Source: Bacteroidota bacterium | Lineage (GTDB): Bacteria; Bacteroidota; Bacteroidia; AKYH767-A; OLB10 | Direction: 5' to 3' | NCBI GenBank assembly: GCA_046073825.1 | Contig: JBJTMY010000063.1 | Span: 23,598 to 87,597 of the forward strand | DNA length: 64,000 nt | Shown: positions 36,675-46,085 of the stretch, one piece after another | Numbering within the stretch: position 1 is the stretch's first letter | Layout: each line of letters starts with the position of its first letter | Position numbers and translations under genes: made by a program | Notes under the pieces: generated by a model | The model's input: the letters and a program-made list of their open reading frames with translations, nothing else | Told to the model about the DNA's origin: nothing | The model's database searches: none

Positions 36675-37586
36675 TTAATCTTTGTACTGCTGTAATTTCG
36701 CTTCCATACTTTGTGTTGTATGAGGCACAGCACGTAATCGTTCTTTGGGAATTAGCTTGCCTGTTACGCGACAAACTCCGTAAGTTTTATTCTTAATGCG
36801 TATCAATGCTGCTTCTAATTGTTCAATAAATTTTTTCTGACGAGCGGCTAGATTTGCAGCTTCTTCCTTCGCTAATGTATCAGAACCATCTTCTAACATT
36901 TTAAAAGAAGAACCGGTATCATCGGTTCCATTTTCGTTCGCGTTGATAATTTGCGCTTGCAAATTGACTAACTCAGCACGAGCTGTTTCTAATTTTGAAG
37001 TTATTAAAGTGCGGAACTCCTCTAACTCTGCATCTGAGTAACGCGTGCGCTCATTCACTGCTGCTGCTTTTACTACAGGAGCTGGAGCAGGGCTCGGCTT
37101 CACGACTGGTTTTGAAGTTACCACTGGTTTTGCTGGAGTACTCACTTTATTAGCTACCACTGGTTTAACGGGAGCTACCACTTTTTTAGCTACCACTGGT
37201 TTCGCTGGAGATGCCTTTTTTACAGGCGCTTGTTTAGTCACTGGCTTTTTTGTTGGAGCTACTTTTTTAGCTACGGGCTTAGAAACAGGAGCAACTTTCT
37301 TCACTACCTTTTTTACAGGAGCCGCTTTTTTAGCAACAACTTTTTTAACGGGAGCTGCTTTCTTTGCTACAGACTTTTTAGAAGCCACTTTTTTCACCAC
37401 CTTTTTGGCAGGCGCAGCTTTTTTAGCAACTACTTTTTTAGCAGGAGACTTTTTCGCCACTGGCTTTTTTGCTGGGGCTGCTTTCTTCACTGGTTTCTTT
37501 GCTGCTGGCTTTTTTGGCGCTGCTTTCTTCACTACTTTTTTTGCAGGAGCCTTTTTTGTCTTGTTTGCTGTTTTTTTTGTTGCCAT
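36675..37586 (-). CDS. DksA/TraR-family regulator-like protein with a roughly 175-aa Lys/Ala/Pro/Val-rich histone-H1-like N-terminal extension
   Basis: 303 aa. The C-terminal ~128 aa (coiled coil plus YGVCRVTGKLIPKERLRAVPHTTQSMEAK) matches the short DksA/TraR-type protein commonly found between ileS and lspA. The N-terminal part consists of AKKxV/KKAAP-type repeats. Confidence 0.75.
   Translation of the reverse strand: MATKKTANKTKKAPAKKVVKKAAPKKPAAKKPVKKAAPAKKPVAKKSPAKKVVAKKAAPAKKVVKKVASKKSVAKKAAPVKKVVAKKAAPVKKVVKKVAPVSKPVAKKVAPTKKPVTKQAPVKKASPAKPVVAKKVVAPVKPVVANKVSTPAKPVVTSKPVVKPSPAPAPVVKAAAVNERTRYSDAELEEFRTLITSKLETARAELVNLQAQIINANENGTDDTGSSFKMLEDGSDTLAKEEAANLAARQKKFIEQLEAALIRIKNKTYGVCRVTGKLIPKERLRAVPHTTQSMEAKLQQYKD
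37062..37586 (-). repeat. Coding low-complexity repeat region (AKKxV / KKAAP-type units) forming the H1-like tail of the DksA-like gene
   Basis: Degenerate short tandem units are visible in the DNA (e.g. repeated GCAACAACTTTTTTA/GCTACCACTGGTTT-type segments). They generate long spurious ORFs on the opposite strand. Confidence 0.7.
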
Positions 37587-37588
37587 AA

Positions 37589-40500
37589 CTATACTTTATT
37601 AACTAATACTTTTGCGGTAAGATCTTCATCAATCTCCACTGATACTGATTTACTATCCGATAAATTATCTGTAAATTCGAAATCGTTAGCCAGAATTTCG
37701 CTGCGAATATAATCGAAATTGTTCAATATTGCGACTTTAAGTCCTTCTGGCGACTGCATTTTAACTACAATTCGATCGGTCACCTCGAAGCCATGGTCTT
37801 TTCGAATATTTTGAATTCGGTTGATTACCTCTCTTGCTAACCCTTTCTCTTTCAGCTCTTCAGAGATAGTAATATCCAATGCTACTGTTAATCGACCTTG
37901 ATTTGCAACTTGCCAACCTGGAATATCTTCGCTGAGGACTTCTACATCTGATAACAATAAATCAAAAATAACTTCACCAAAATGTAATGGAAGCATTCCT
38001 TCTCGTTCTAAATGTACTATTTGCTCTTGCGAAAGTTCGGTGACGGTAGCAGCCAATTGCTTCATTAAACCGCCTATTTTAGGTCCTAATGCTTTAAAGT
38101 TTGGCTTTACCTTTTTTACTAAGATGGAATTATCTTCCGACATATACTCGAGCTGCTCCACATTCACTTCACTCAATACTAAATCTCGAATTGCTTCAAT
38201 GCGATTTTTCACTTCTTGATCACTCACTGGAATCATGATACGATGCAAGGGTTGACGCACTCGGATATTCACCTTTTTTCTAAGCGCCAACACCATAGAA
38301 GAAATATCTTGTGCTAGCTGCATCTGCATTTCAAGTTCCTTATTGATGATAGCCGTATTACTTTCAGGAAAGTCGGCAAGGTGTACACTCTCATTTTTAT
38401 CTTTTCCAGATGTAAAGTTCAAATCACGGAACAAACGATCTGCGTAAAACGGAGCTATTGGAGCCATTAGCCTAGCGATTGTGTCTAGGCAAGTATATAA
38501 CGTTTGATATGCGGCAATTTTATCTTCTGAATAATCTCCCTTCCAAAAACGGCGACGTCCTAAACGAACATACCAATTACTCAAATGTTCAGTGACAAAA
38601 TCAGTTATTAAACGCGATGCTTTCGTAGGTTCGTAATCGTTATAACATTCATCTACCTCTGCAATTAAAGAATTTAGCAAAGACAACACCCAACGATCTA
38701 GCTCTGTACGTTGGTCAAGTGGAATTTCTTTCTCTGAAAACGTAAATCCATCAATGTTAGAATAAAGAGCGAAGAACGAATAAGTATTATGCAAGGTTCC
38801 GAAGAACTTGCGCTGCACCTCTCCGATTCCTTCCGTATTAAATTTCAAATTATCCCAAGGCTGTGCATTGCTAATCATATACCAGCGGGTTGCATCAGGG
38901 CCATACGCTTCTAAAGTTTCGAAAGGATCTACTGCGTTACCCAGGCGTTTCGACATTTTGTTCCCATTCTTATCGAGAACTAGACCATTTGAAACTACAT
39001 TTTTAAACGCAACACTATCAAACAACATCACCGCAATTGCATGTAGAGTAAAGAACCAACCTCTTGTTTGATCTACTCCTTCAGCAATAAAATCGGCTGG
39101 GAATGCTTTTTCAAATATCTCCTTATTATCAAATGGAAAATGCCATTGAGCATAAGGCATTGCTCCACTATCAAACCAAACATCAATTAAATCTGGTTCA
39201 CGATACATCGGCAACCCTGTTGATGATACCAATACAGCATGATCTACATAAGGGCGATGCAAATCAAAATCAGGAGCATCAGGATTCAGTGCATTCATTT
39301 TAGATGCTTCCATAATTCCTGCTGCTATAGACTTATCTAATTCCGATTTTAACTCTTGAATAGAACCAATACATTTTTCTTCCCCATCTTCGCTTCTCCA
39401 GATTGGCAAAGGAATTCCCCAATAACGGGAGCGGGACAGATTCCAATCTACCAGATTATCTAACCAATTTCCAAAGCGGCCAGTACCTGTACTCTCCGGT
39501 TTCCAGTTGATGGTTTTATTCAGCTCAATCATACGGTCTTTGCACGCAGTTGTTTTAATAAACCATGAATCGAGCGGATAATAAAGAATTGGTTTATCAG
39601 TTCTCCAACAATGTGGGTAAGTATGTTCGTAGCGTTCTACTTTGAAAGCTTTGTTTTCACCTTTCAGTTTGATGGCGATACGTTCATCGACCGATAAATA
39701 TTTCTCTCGTCCTTGTTTCTGACGTGCTTCCTCCTTCTCTGTTTCGTTAAGGTATTCCTCCTTTACAAATTCAGAGGCAAAATCAATCACCTCCTCCACA
39801 AAGCGACCTTGTTTATCTACTAACGGAACGGGCTTACCGTTTTCATCCTTCACCATGATTGCAGGCACGTTGTGTTGCTTAGCCACACGAAAATCGTCTG
39901 CACCAAAAGTTGGAGCAATATGAACGATTCCTGTACCATCTTCTGTAGAAACGAAATCGCCAGTAATAACACGAAATGCATTTCCTTCTGGTTGAACATA
40001 CGCTAAAAGTTGCTCGTACGAAACTCCTTGTAAAGAACTTCCTTTGAACTCCTCTAACACTTTAAAAGGAATTGCTTTATTCCCTTGTTGGTATTCTTCG
40101 ATTAACAATTCTGCATTTTTCGGATTAAAGTGCTTAGACAATAAATCCTTGGCAAGCACAACGCAAACAGGTTCGAAGGTGTAGGGGTTAAACGTTTTTA
40201 CTAAAACATACGTAATATCTGCTCCTACCGCTAAAGCCGAATTAGAAGGTAGTGTCCAAGGTGTAGTTGTCCAAGCAAGGAAATACACTGGCGCATCTGC
40301 CTTATCAAACAAGATTTTGCTTGATTCATTTTCGACCGCTCTAAATTGAGCTACAATAGTCGTATCTTTTACAATTTTGTAAGTTCCCGGCTGATTCAAC
40401 TCGTGCGAGCTTAAACCAGTTCCTGCAGCAGGGGAATAGGGCTGAATAGTGTATCCCTTATAGAGTAAATCTTTTTTATAAAGCTCATTCAACAAGTACC

Positions 40501-40981
40501 AACAAGTTTCGATGTAGTTGTTTTCGAAAGTAATGTAAGGCGATTCAAGATCGACCCAATACCCCATTTTACGAGTTAGATCATCCCATACCGACTTATA
40601 CTTCATCACCTCTTTACGGCAAGCCTTGTTATATTCTTCAATTGAAATTTTACGACCGATATCTTCTTTTGTAATACCAAGTGTTTTCTCTACGCTAATT
40701 TCAATTGGAAGCCCGTGCGTATCCCACCCTCCTTTACGTTTTACCTGAAAACCTTTTTGAGTTTTATAACGACAAAAAATATCTTTAATGCTACGCGCCA
40801 TTACGTGGTGAATACCAGGTAATCCGTTTGCCGAAGGAGGACCTTCATAAAAAGTATAAGACGGTTTGCCTTCACGCTCTGCCACAGAGCGTTCAAAAAT
40901 GCTTTTGTCTTGCCAGTACTGTAAGATTTCATCTGCAACAGCAGGCAAATTGAGTTGTTTGTATTCGGGATATTTAGCCAT
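37589..40981 (-). CDS. ileS: Isoleucine--tRNA ligase (long, type-2-like form)
   Basis: 1130 aa with class I signatures (PSANGLPGIHH for HIGH, KMSKRL for KMSKS). The stop codon lies 2 nt before the start of the downstream DksA-like gene. Confidence 0.97.
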   Translation of the reverse strand: MAKYPEYKQLNLPAVADEILQYWQDKSIFERSVAEREGKPSYTFYEGPPSANGLPGIHHVMARSIKDIFCRYKTQKGFQVKRKGGWDTHGLPIEISVEKTLGITKEDIGRKISIEEYNKACRKEVMKYKSVWDDLTRKMGYWVDLESPYITFENNYIETCWYLLNELYKKDLLYKGYTIQPYSPAAGTGLSSHELNQPGTYKIVKDTTIVAQFRAVENESSKILFDKADAPVYFLAWTTTPWTLPSNSALAVGADITYVLVKTFNPYTFEPVCVVLAKDLLSKHFNPKNAELLIEEYQQGNKAIPFKVLEEFKGSSLQGVSYEQLLAYVQPEGNAFRVITGDFVSTEDGTGIVHIAPTFGADDFRVAKQHNVPAIMVKDENGKPVPLVDKQGRFVEEVIDFASEFVKEEYLNETEKEEARQKQGREKYLSVDERIAIKLKGENKAFKVERYEHTYPHCWRTDKPILYYPLDSWFIKTTACKDRMIELNKTINWKPESTGTGRFGNWLDNLVDWNLSRSRYWGIPLPIWRSEDGEEKCIGSIQELKSELDKSIAAGIMEASKMNALNPDAPDFDLHRPYVDHAVLVSSTGLPMYREPDLIDVWFDSGAMPYAQWHFPFDNKEIFEKAFPADFIAEGVDQTRGWFFTLHAIAVMLFDSVAFKNVVSNGLVLDKNGNKMSKRLGNAVDPFETLEAYGPDATRWYMISNAQPWDNLKFNTEGIGEVQRKFFGTLHNTYSFFALYSNIDGFTFSEKEIPLDQRTELDRWVLSLLNSLIAEVDECYNDYEPTKASRLITDFVTEHLSNWYVRLGRRRFWKGDYSEDKIAAYQTLYTCLDTIARLMAPIAPFYADRLFRDLNFTSGKDKNESVHLADFPESNTAIINKELEMQMQLAQDISSMVLALRKKVNIRVRQPLHRIMIPVSDQEVKNRIEAIRDLVLSEVNVEQLEYMSEDNSILVKKVKPNFKALGPKIGGLMKQLAATVTELSQEQIVHLEREGMLPLHFGEVIFDLLLSDVEVLSEDIPGWQVANQGRLTVALDITISEELKEKGLAREVINRIQNIRKDHGFEVTDRIVVKMQSPEGLKVAILNNFDYIRSEILANDFEFTDNLSDSKSVSVEIDEDLTAKVLVNKV

Positions 40982-41013
40982 GATTCAGAGGTGCGAAATT
41001 ACTGAAAAATAAT

Positions 41014-41038
41014 AAAGCGACCTTCGGGGGGTCGCTTT
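41014..41038 (-). terminator. Intrinsic terminator-like hairpin 32 nt upstream of ileS
   Basis: 9-bp stem AAAGCGACC/GGTCGCTTT with a 7-nt loop. On the minus strand it is followed by ATTATTTTT. It lies 160 nt downstream of the EamA gene stop. Confidence 0.6.
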
Positions 41039-41197
41039 ATTCCACGCTTTGAAAAGCCTCTGACTTTTCTTTATAAAGAACGAATTGATAAGACTAGTTA
41101 ATCAGCAATAAATTGCTTAATGTAAAATAATAGCATTCGAATTCGTTTCACAACCAATTTTAGTTGAGTAGGGAGTTTTTAGTGCTGAATAAGAAAA

Positions 41198-42055
41198 TCA
41201 GGCTGCATTTTTTTTATTTGCAATTAGAATATTAACCACTACCCCACCTATTACTAGCAAAATACCTAGCAAGGTGCTCCAATGTTGATGCTCATCAAAG
41301 AGCCACCATCCAAAGAATAAAGCATAAATAATTCCGAGGTAATTAAGAATAGAAACCTTAGCAATTTTTTCTGCTTGTAAGGATTTAGTTAAGTAAAATT
41401 GACCTAACTGAGTTACGATTCCAATACCAAGGATATAAATCCAATCAGAAGAAAAAGGGACTTGGTAATTAAATGCTGTAAAGATGGCACCTGCCACTGC
41501 ACCGAACAACTGAAAATGCAAAACCACCACAAGGGGATGTTCCTTTTCCTTTAAAGACCGAACCATGTTATAGGCCAATCCAGAAACCATCGAAGAGAAC
41601 AATCCAACGGCGAGCATTGTTCCACTAATTCGAGCATCAAAACCTTTGATAACAAGAACACCGATAAAGGAAACCAAGAAGAACAGCCATTGAATTGGCA
41701 ATACCTTCTCACGAAGTATATAAACTGCAAAAACAGTAGTAAAAACAGGCGATAAATACTGAATTGTAACCGCAGTTCCAATAGGCATACTTTGAAGTGT
41801 GTGAAAGAAAGTATAAAGGGCAACTGTTCCAAAAAATCCACGCAATAACAGTAATTTCCGATTGGACCCTTTCCAAGATATTGACTGGCGTTTAAGCAAT
41901 ACAAATCCAATAATACTAGCTATAGCGCAACGAAAAAATACCAACTCCATAGCTGGCAAGTGTGCTAATTTTTTCACCATCACGTTCATCAACGAAAACC
42001 AAAAAGTAGATAGCAACATGTACTTCACTCCTGGGGTTATTAACTTACCATTCAC
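41198..42055 (-). CDS. EamA/DMT-superfamily transporter
   Basis: 285 aa, about 10 TM helices and a duplicated EamA-like architecture. The start at 42055 is a GTG; an in-frame ATG at 42019 is an alternative. Confidence 0.7.
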   Translation of the reverse strand: MNGKLITPGVKYMLLSTFWFSLMNVMVKKLAHLPAMELVFFRCAIASIIGFVLLKRQSISWKGSNRKLLLLRGFFGTVALYTFFHTLQSMPIGTAVTIQYLSPVFTTVFAVYILREKVLPIQWLFFLVSFIGVLVIKGFDARISGTMLAVGLFSSMVSGLAYNMVRSLKEKEHPLVVVLHFQLFGAVAGAIFTAFNYQVPFSSDWIYILGIGIVTQLGQFYLTKSLQAEKIAKVSILNYLGIIYALFFGWWLFDEHQHWSTLLGILLVIGGVVVNILIANKKNAA

Positions 42056-42098
42056 GTTGCGAAGCTACATTAAACATTCAAGAAAAAAGGGAACAAAA

Positions 42099-42917
42099 CT
42101 ATTTTCTATACAAATGCAAAAGGACATCCTGCATCCCACCGAGCGCAGAAAAGGAAGTTCGAATACTATAATCAAATCCAGATTGCTCAAACAATTTTAA
42201 AAAATGAGAAAGAGCATTCGTTTCACCGGGAATATTATGATGATACTCGATAATCAACTCTTTAACTTTATCAATTGCTCCAGACTGCATCAAGTCCTCT
42301 ACGATTTTGATTTCTGCACCTTCCACATCCATTTTAATTAAATCAATAGATGCAAAATGCTGAATAAAATCGGAGAGTTTTTTACAAGACACTTCGATTA
42401 CATTATCGCCTCCACGATTGGCCTGAACAGAACCCGTTAACGTGCCTTTATCGTTGTTAAAATGAAAAGGAATAGTACCTATCGAATTAGCAAGAGCCAC
42501 ATGATGCGTTTCAACATTTGATAAATGATAAGATTGTATATTCTTACTCAGAAGTGTAAACGCAGTAGGGTTAGGTTCAAAAGCAAGGATATTCGCTTGA
42601 GGATAACATTTCTTGAAGTATAAAACAGACATCCCTATATTCGCTCCACAATCGACAATTACAGGTGCATTATTTAATGACTTGAAGCGATATTCTTCAT
42701 TGATAATAATCTCATGAATTAAGTAATTTAATGTATGATAACTAAACGCATAAAAAGTAGAACCCATCAATGAAATATGTACCTCCTTATCACGAGAGCG
42801 TTCCGATTGACGTTTTAGAGTAAGTGTAAAAAGTTTTTTAAATAGTTCTGATCGAGAAACCAATGTCCCTTGATAACGAAGAGATGCGAATAACGACGAT
42901 AATAAAATTCGAAACAT
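42099..42917 (-). CDS. FkbM-family SAM-dependent methyltransferase
   Basis: 272 aa. SAM motif VIVDCGANIGMSVLYF and an FkbM-like C-terminal part (IDLIKMDVEGAE). Confidence 0.7.
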   Translation of the reverse strand: MFRILLSSLFASLRYQGTLVSRSELFKKLFTLTLKRQSERSRDKEVHISLMGSTFYAFSYHTLNYLIHEIIINEEYRFKSLNNAPVIVDCGANIGMSVLYFKKCYPQANILAFEPNPTAFTLLSKNIQSYHLSNVETHHVALANSIGTIPFHFNNDKGTLTGSVQANRGGDNVIEVSCKKLSDFIQHFASIDLIKMDVEGAEIKIVEDLMQSGAIDKVKELIIEYHHNIPGETNALSHFLKLFEQSGFDYSIRTSFSALGGMQDVLLHLYRK

Positions 42918-42989
42918 ACTGAATTAATATTTAACAATGATACTAAAAAACAAGGTATTGTAAATTCCTTTGTGAGTGATAATAATTTC

Positions 42990-42997
42990 TATCTTCG
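42990..42997 (+). promoter_or_regulatory. Near-consensus -7 box TATCTTCG, 4 nt before the ATG at 43002
   Basis: One mismatch (C for T at position 7 of the box). Confidence 0.3.
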
Positions 42998-43001
42998 AAA
43001 G

Positions 43002-43946
43002 ATGCGTATAACACTTCTAATCCTTTGTTTGTTTATTACAGCGTTTGATGTAAAAGCACAACCTTATATTGACCTCTTGAATATACAATATGGAAAAACT
43101 TCTCTTTCGAAATTATTTGTAGGTAAAGATGAACTTAAGATTAACCATGAATGGAAATCATATTCTTTTAATGCTCCGATTAAAATTAATGAGCACAAAT
43201 TAGTCTTGATTAGTCCAGAGATAAATAATAAAATTTACCAGCAAGTAGATAGCACGCTCACCACTCAGCAGAATGGTAGTACTACTATATCGGCCTACAG
43301 CAGAATTCATTCGCATTATATTTCTATATCGCTGCCTGTTACGTTTGTATATAAATTTAAAAATGAAAATAGCTTAAGTGCTACATTAGTTTACCGTCAA
43401 AATAAAATTTTCGAAAATCAATTTGGGTGGACAACCGATCAGTTAGGTGGAGCGATTTTGTACACTAAATATTACAATGAAAAATTCAAACTGAAAGCAG
43501 GTGGATATTACAATCGCGAGTTTTGGGGTAATTACCTTACCCCATTATTAGGGTTTGAATGGAAGGCATCAAAAAACATTTATTGTTGGGGATTACTTCC
43601 TAACTCAACTACGGTTGATGTATCGTTTAATAAGCTTCATGCAGGCTTTGCTTTTCGCGGAATTGAAGAATCATACAGTGAAAGTTATAACTCTTACTTT
43701 CACGATAGAGAAGGACATTTAAAGCTCTATTTGAATTACTACTTGATTAATAAAGACCAAAAAATTGGAATTGTTTTTACTGCTGAAGGGGGGCAGTCGG
43801 TTAATAGATTATATGAATTTAAATCGGCGGCCAGTGATAATGTTTTTAAAGTTCATCCAGCAGAAAATTATTTTTTAAGGATAGGGGTTGCCGTTAGACT
43901 CATCACTAGGAGTGATTTTAAACTTTGGCCATCTCTTCCGATGTAA
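43002..43946 (+). CDS. Putative outer-membrane beta-barrel protein of unknown function
   Basis: Signal peptide MRITLLILCLFITAFDVKAQ followed by alternating-hydrophobicity, aromatic-rich segments. The track start at 42972 is a GTG. The ATG at 43002 sits 4 nt after a near-consensus -7 box. Confidence 0.4.
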   Translation: MRITLLILCLFITAFDVKAQPYIDLLNIQYGKTSLSKLFVGKDELKINHEWKSYSFNAPIKINEHKLVLISPEINNKIYQQVDSTLTTQQNGSTTISAYSRIHSHYISISLPVTFVYKFKNENSLSATLVYRQNKIFENQFGWTTDQLGGAILYTKYYNEKFKLKAGGYYNREFWGNYLTPLLGFEWKASKNIYCWGLLPNSTTVDVSFNKLHAGFAFRGIEESYSESYNSYFHDREGHLKLYLNYYLINKDQKIGIVFTAEGGQSVNRLYEFKSAASDNVFKVHPAENYFLRIGVAVRLITRSDFKLWPSLPM

Positions 43947-45660
43947 CAAACTTTAAATCTTTGATGTTTAATTGAAGCGTTGTCCTATTATTGAAATTAT
44001 TTTCTTCAATGTGATAAACCACTTCAAAAGCATCTTGTTGTTCCACCTGCGGGTGATGATGCCCTAATTGAAAAGCAATACCATCATAGGTAGATTGATA
44101 ATCATCGTGCTGCACCAAGGTTAATTTCAAGTGATTATTACCAACTACTTTTCCTCTTCCATTATCGCGCACATTGGATGATTTAAAAATGGGCGACATA
44201 TTCCCTGGTCCAAATGGCGCAAACTGTTTTAAGATATTAAAAAACTTTTGAGAGATATCGTTTAAATTTAGCTCTGCATCAATTTCTACTTCGCGCACCA
44301 GCATTCGATCTTCGATGGTAGACGAAACGACCTCTTCAAATCGCTGAATAAACGCCTCCACATTTTCTTCTTTCATTGTCAATCCTGCTGCGTACATGTG
44401 TCCACCAAACTGCTCTAACAAATCGCTACAACTTTCAATAGCGTTATACACATCAAAATCTTTTACAGAACGAGCAGAACCTGAAACCATATTATTTTCT
44501 TCGTTGCTTTTAGTCAAGACGATAGTTGGGCGGTAATACTTTTCGGTTAAGCGGGACGCTACAATACCAATTACTCCTTTATGCCATGCAGGGTTGTAAA
44601 GCACCGTTGACTTTCGGAATTTATGGTCCTCACTTTCTTCGATTAATTGAAGTGCGTGTTCAGTAATACTTTGATCTAAATCTTTTCTTCTTAAATTATG
44701 TTCATTAATACCATCACCCAATTGGCCTGCGATATTATCTTTTTTAGAAACAAGCAACTCGACTGCCTTTTCTCCTGATTCGATGCGACCGGCTGCATTA
44801 ATTCTTGGAGCAATTAAAAACACGACATCATTAACGGTAATTTCATCTTTTTTAAAATTACTCAATTCGAGGATTGCTTTAAAACCGGGGCGAGGATTAT
44901 TATTTAAAAGTTTCAGTCCGTAGTAAGCTAAAATTCTGTTTTCACCTGTGATAGGAACAATATCAGCTGCAATAGAAACAGCTACTAAATCGAGATATTG
45001 CTCGAGGTCTTCGAATGGAATTCCTTTTTGCTGAGCGATTGCTTGAATCAATTTAAACCCCACTCCACATCCACTTAATTCCTTATAAGGATAATCGCAA
45101 TCGGGACGTTTAGGATCAAGAACAGCAATTGCGTCAGGAATTTCATTACCTGGTCGGTGGTGATCACAAATAATAAAATCTACTCCTAATGAATTAGCAT
45201 AATCAATTTTATCGATGCTTTTAATTCCACAGTCGAGGGCGATGATTAATGAAAAATTATTTTCCTTAGCGTAATCGATACCTTGTTTAGAAATACCGTA
45301 CCCCTCCTTATAGCGATCGGGAATATAATATCCTACATTCACATACTGATTATGTAGGAAAGTATAAACCAATGAAACGGCAGTTGTACCATCTACGTCA
45401 TAATCACCATACACCAATATTTTTTCTTTGTTGAGGATAGCTGTAGAAATGCGTTCAACAGCTTTCTCCATATCCTTCATTAAAAAAGGATCATGTAAAT
45501 CATTTAATGAAGGCCTGAAAAATTGCTTAGCTTCATCATAAGAATTTATTCCACGTTGTACTAAAAGCTGGGCTAATACTGGATGCACATTCAACTCATC
45601 CTTTAATTTCTGGATAGTCTCTGCACTTCCCTTCGGTATAAAAACCCACCTTTTTTCCAT
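43918..45660 (-). CDS. recJ: Single-stranded-DNA-specific exonuclease RecJ
   Basis: DHH motifs (GDYDVDGTT, DCG, ICDHH) and DHHA1 (GGHMYAAG). ATG at 45660; the track's 45669 is a TTG. The 3' end overlaps the convergent gene by 29 nt. Confidence 0.93.
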   Translation of the reverse strand: MEKRWVFIPKGSAETIQKLKDELNVHPVLAQLLVQRGINSYDEAKQFFRPSLNDLHDPFLMKDMEKAVERISTAILNKEKILVYGDYDVDGTTAVSLVYTFLHNQYVNVGYYIPDRYKEGYGISKQGIDYAKENNFSLIIALDCGIKSIDKIDYANSLGVDFIICDHHRPGNEIPDAIAVLDPKRPDCDYPYKELSGCGVGFKLIQAIAQQKGIPFEDLEQYLDLVAVSIAADIVPITGENRILAYYGLKLLNNNPRPGFKAILELSNFKKDEITVNDVVFLIAPRINAAGRIESGEKAVELLVSKKDNIAGQLGDGINEHNLRRKDLDQSITEHALQLIEESEDHKFRKSTVLYNPAWHKGVIGIVASRLTEKYYRPTIVLTKSNEENNMVSGSARSVKDFDVYNAIESCSDLLEQFGGHMYAAGLTMKEENVEAFIQRFEEVVSSTIEDRMLVREVEIDAELNLNDISQKFFNILKQFAPFGPGNMSPIFKSSNVRDNGRGKVVGNNHLKLTLVQHDDYQSTYDGIAFQLGHHHPQVEQQDAFEVVYHIEENNFNNRTTLQLNIKDLKFVTSEEMAKV

Positions 45661-45689
45661 TAGTTGCAATTATATAATTGAGGTAATTA

Positions 45690-45697
45690 CAAATATA
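45690..45697 (-). promoter_or_regulatory. -7 box TATATTTG for recJ
   Basis: Exact match on the minus strand, 29 nt upstream of the ATG at 45660. Confidence 0.4.
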
Positions 45698-46024
45698 CAA
45701 TTCAAAAGGCAATATTCAGTGTAATCATTTGCAAGTTATCGACAAATCGAGGAATATGATTCTTTAATAGCTCGAAATAAGTAAGTTAAGTGAAAAGAAA
45801 TATCAATTATAATCATTAGACCATCAGTTTAGAAACATCAGTAATTGAAAAAACTGAGTAATGTAAAGGCTATTAGTTTTAAGTAATTTAAACTCCACAA
45901 AAATCAGCACTCAACACCATGGGGGGACAGCAGCCCCACCCCGCAGTAAAATTATTAAATCGTAAATAATTATTCGGTTAATAAACGTTTATATCCATTT
46001 ACAAACACTTACTATAATGAAATT

Positions 46025-46053
46025 AAAAATCCGCATCAGTGATGCGGATTTTT
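46025..46053 (-). terminator. Intrinsic terminator after trhO
   Basis: AAAAATCCGCATC-AGT-GATGCGGATTTTT palindrome, 33 nt after the trhO stop. Confidence 0.75.
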
Positions 46054-46085
46054 AACAACGATTTTATTTAGTCTAAAAAAGATAA

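Noticed and set aside
37045-37712. Two long plus-strand ORFs (185 and 160 aa) antisense to the DksA-like gene.
   Set aside because: Both are F/A/T/G or F/L/C/R low-complexity mirror images of the lysine-rich repeat on the minus strand. They extend into ileS and are not plausible proteins.
43918-43946. A 29-nt overlap of the convergent 3' ends of the beta-barrel gene and recJ, which could signal a frameshift or misassembly.
   Set aside because: Both frames are intact and recJ's C-terminal region looks complete. The plus-strand product's last residues are unremarkable. 3'-3' overlaps of this size occur naturally, and I see no evidence of a disrupted gene.
45901-45950. A GC-rich patch that might be a tRNA fragment, an integration att site or a terminator.
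   Set aside because: No cloverleaf can be drawn, no direct repeat partner or integrase is nearby, and no U-tract follows the short hairpin. I kept it only as part of the long-spacer observation.
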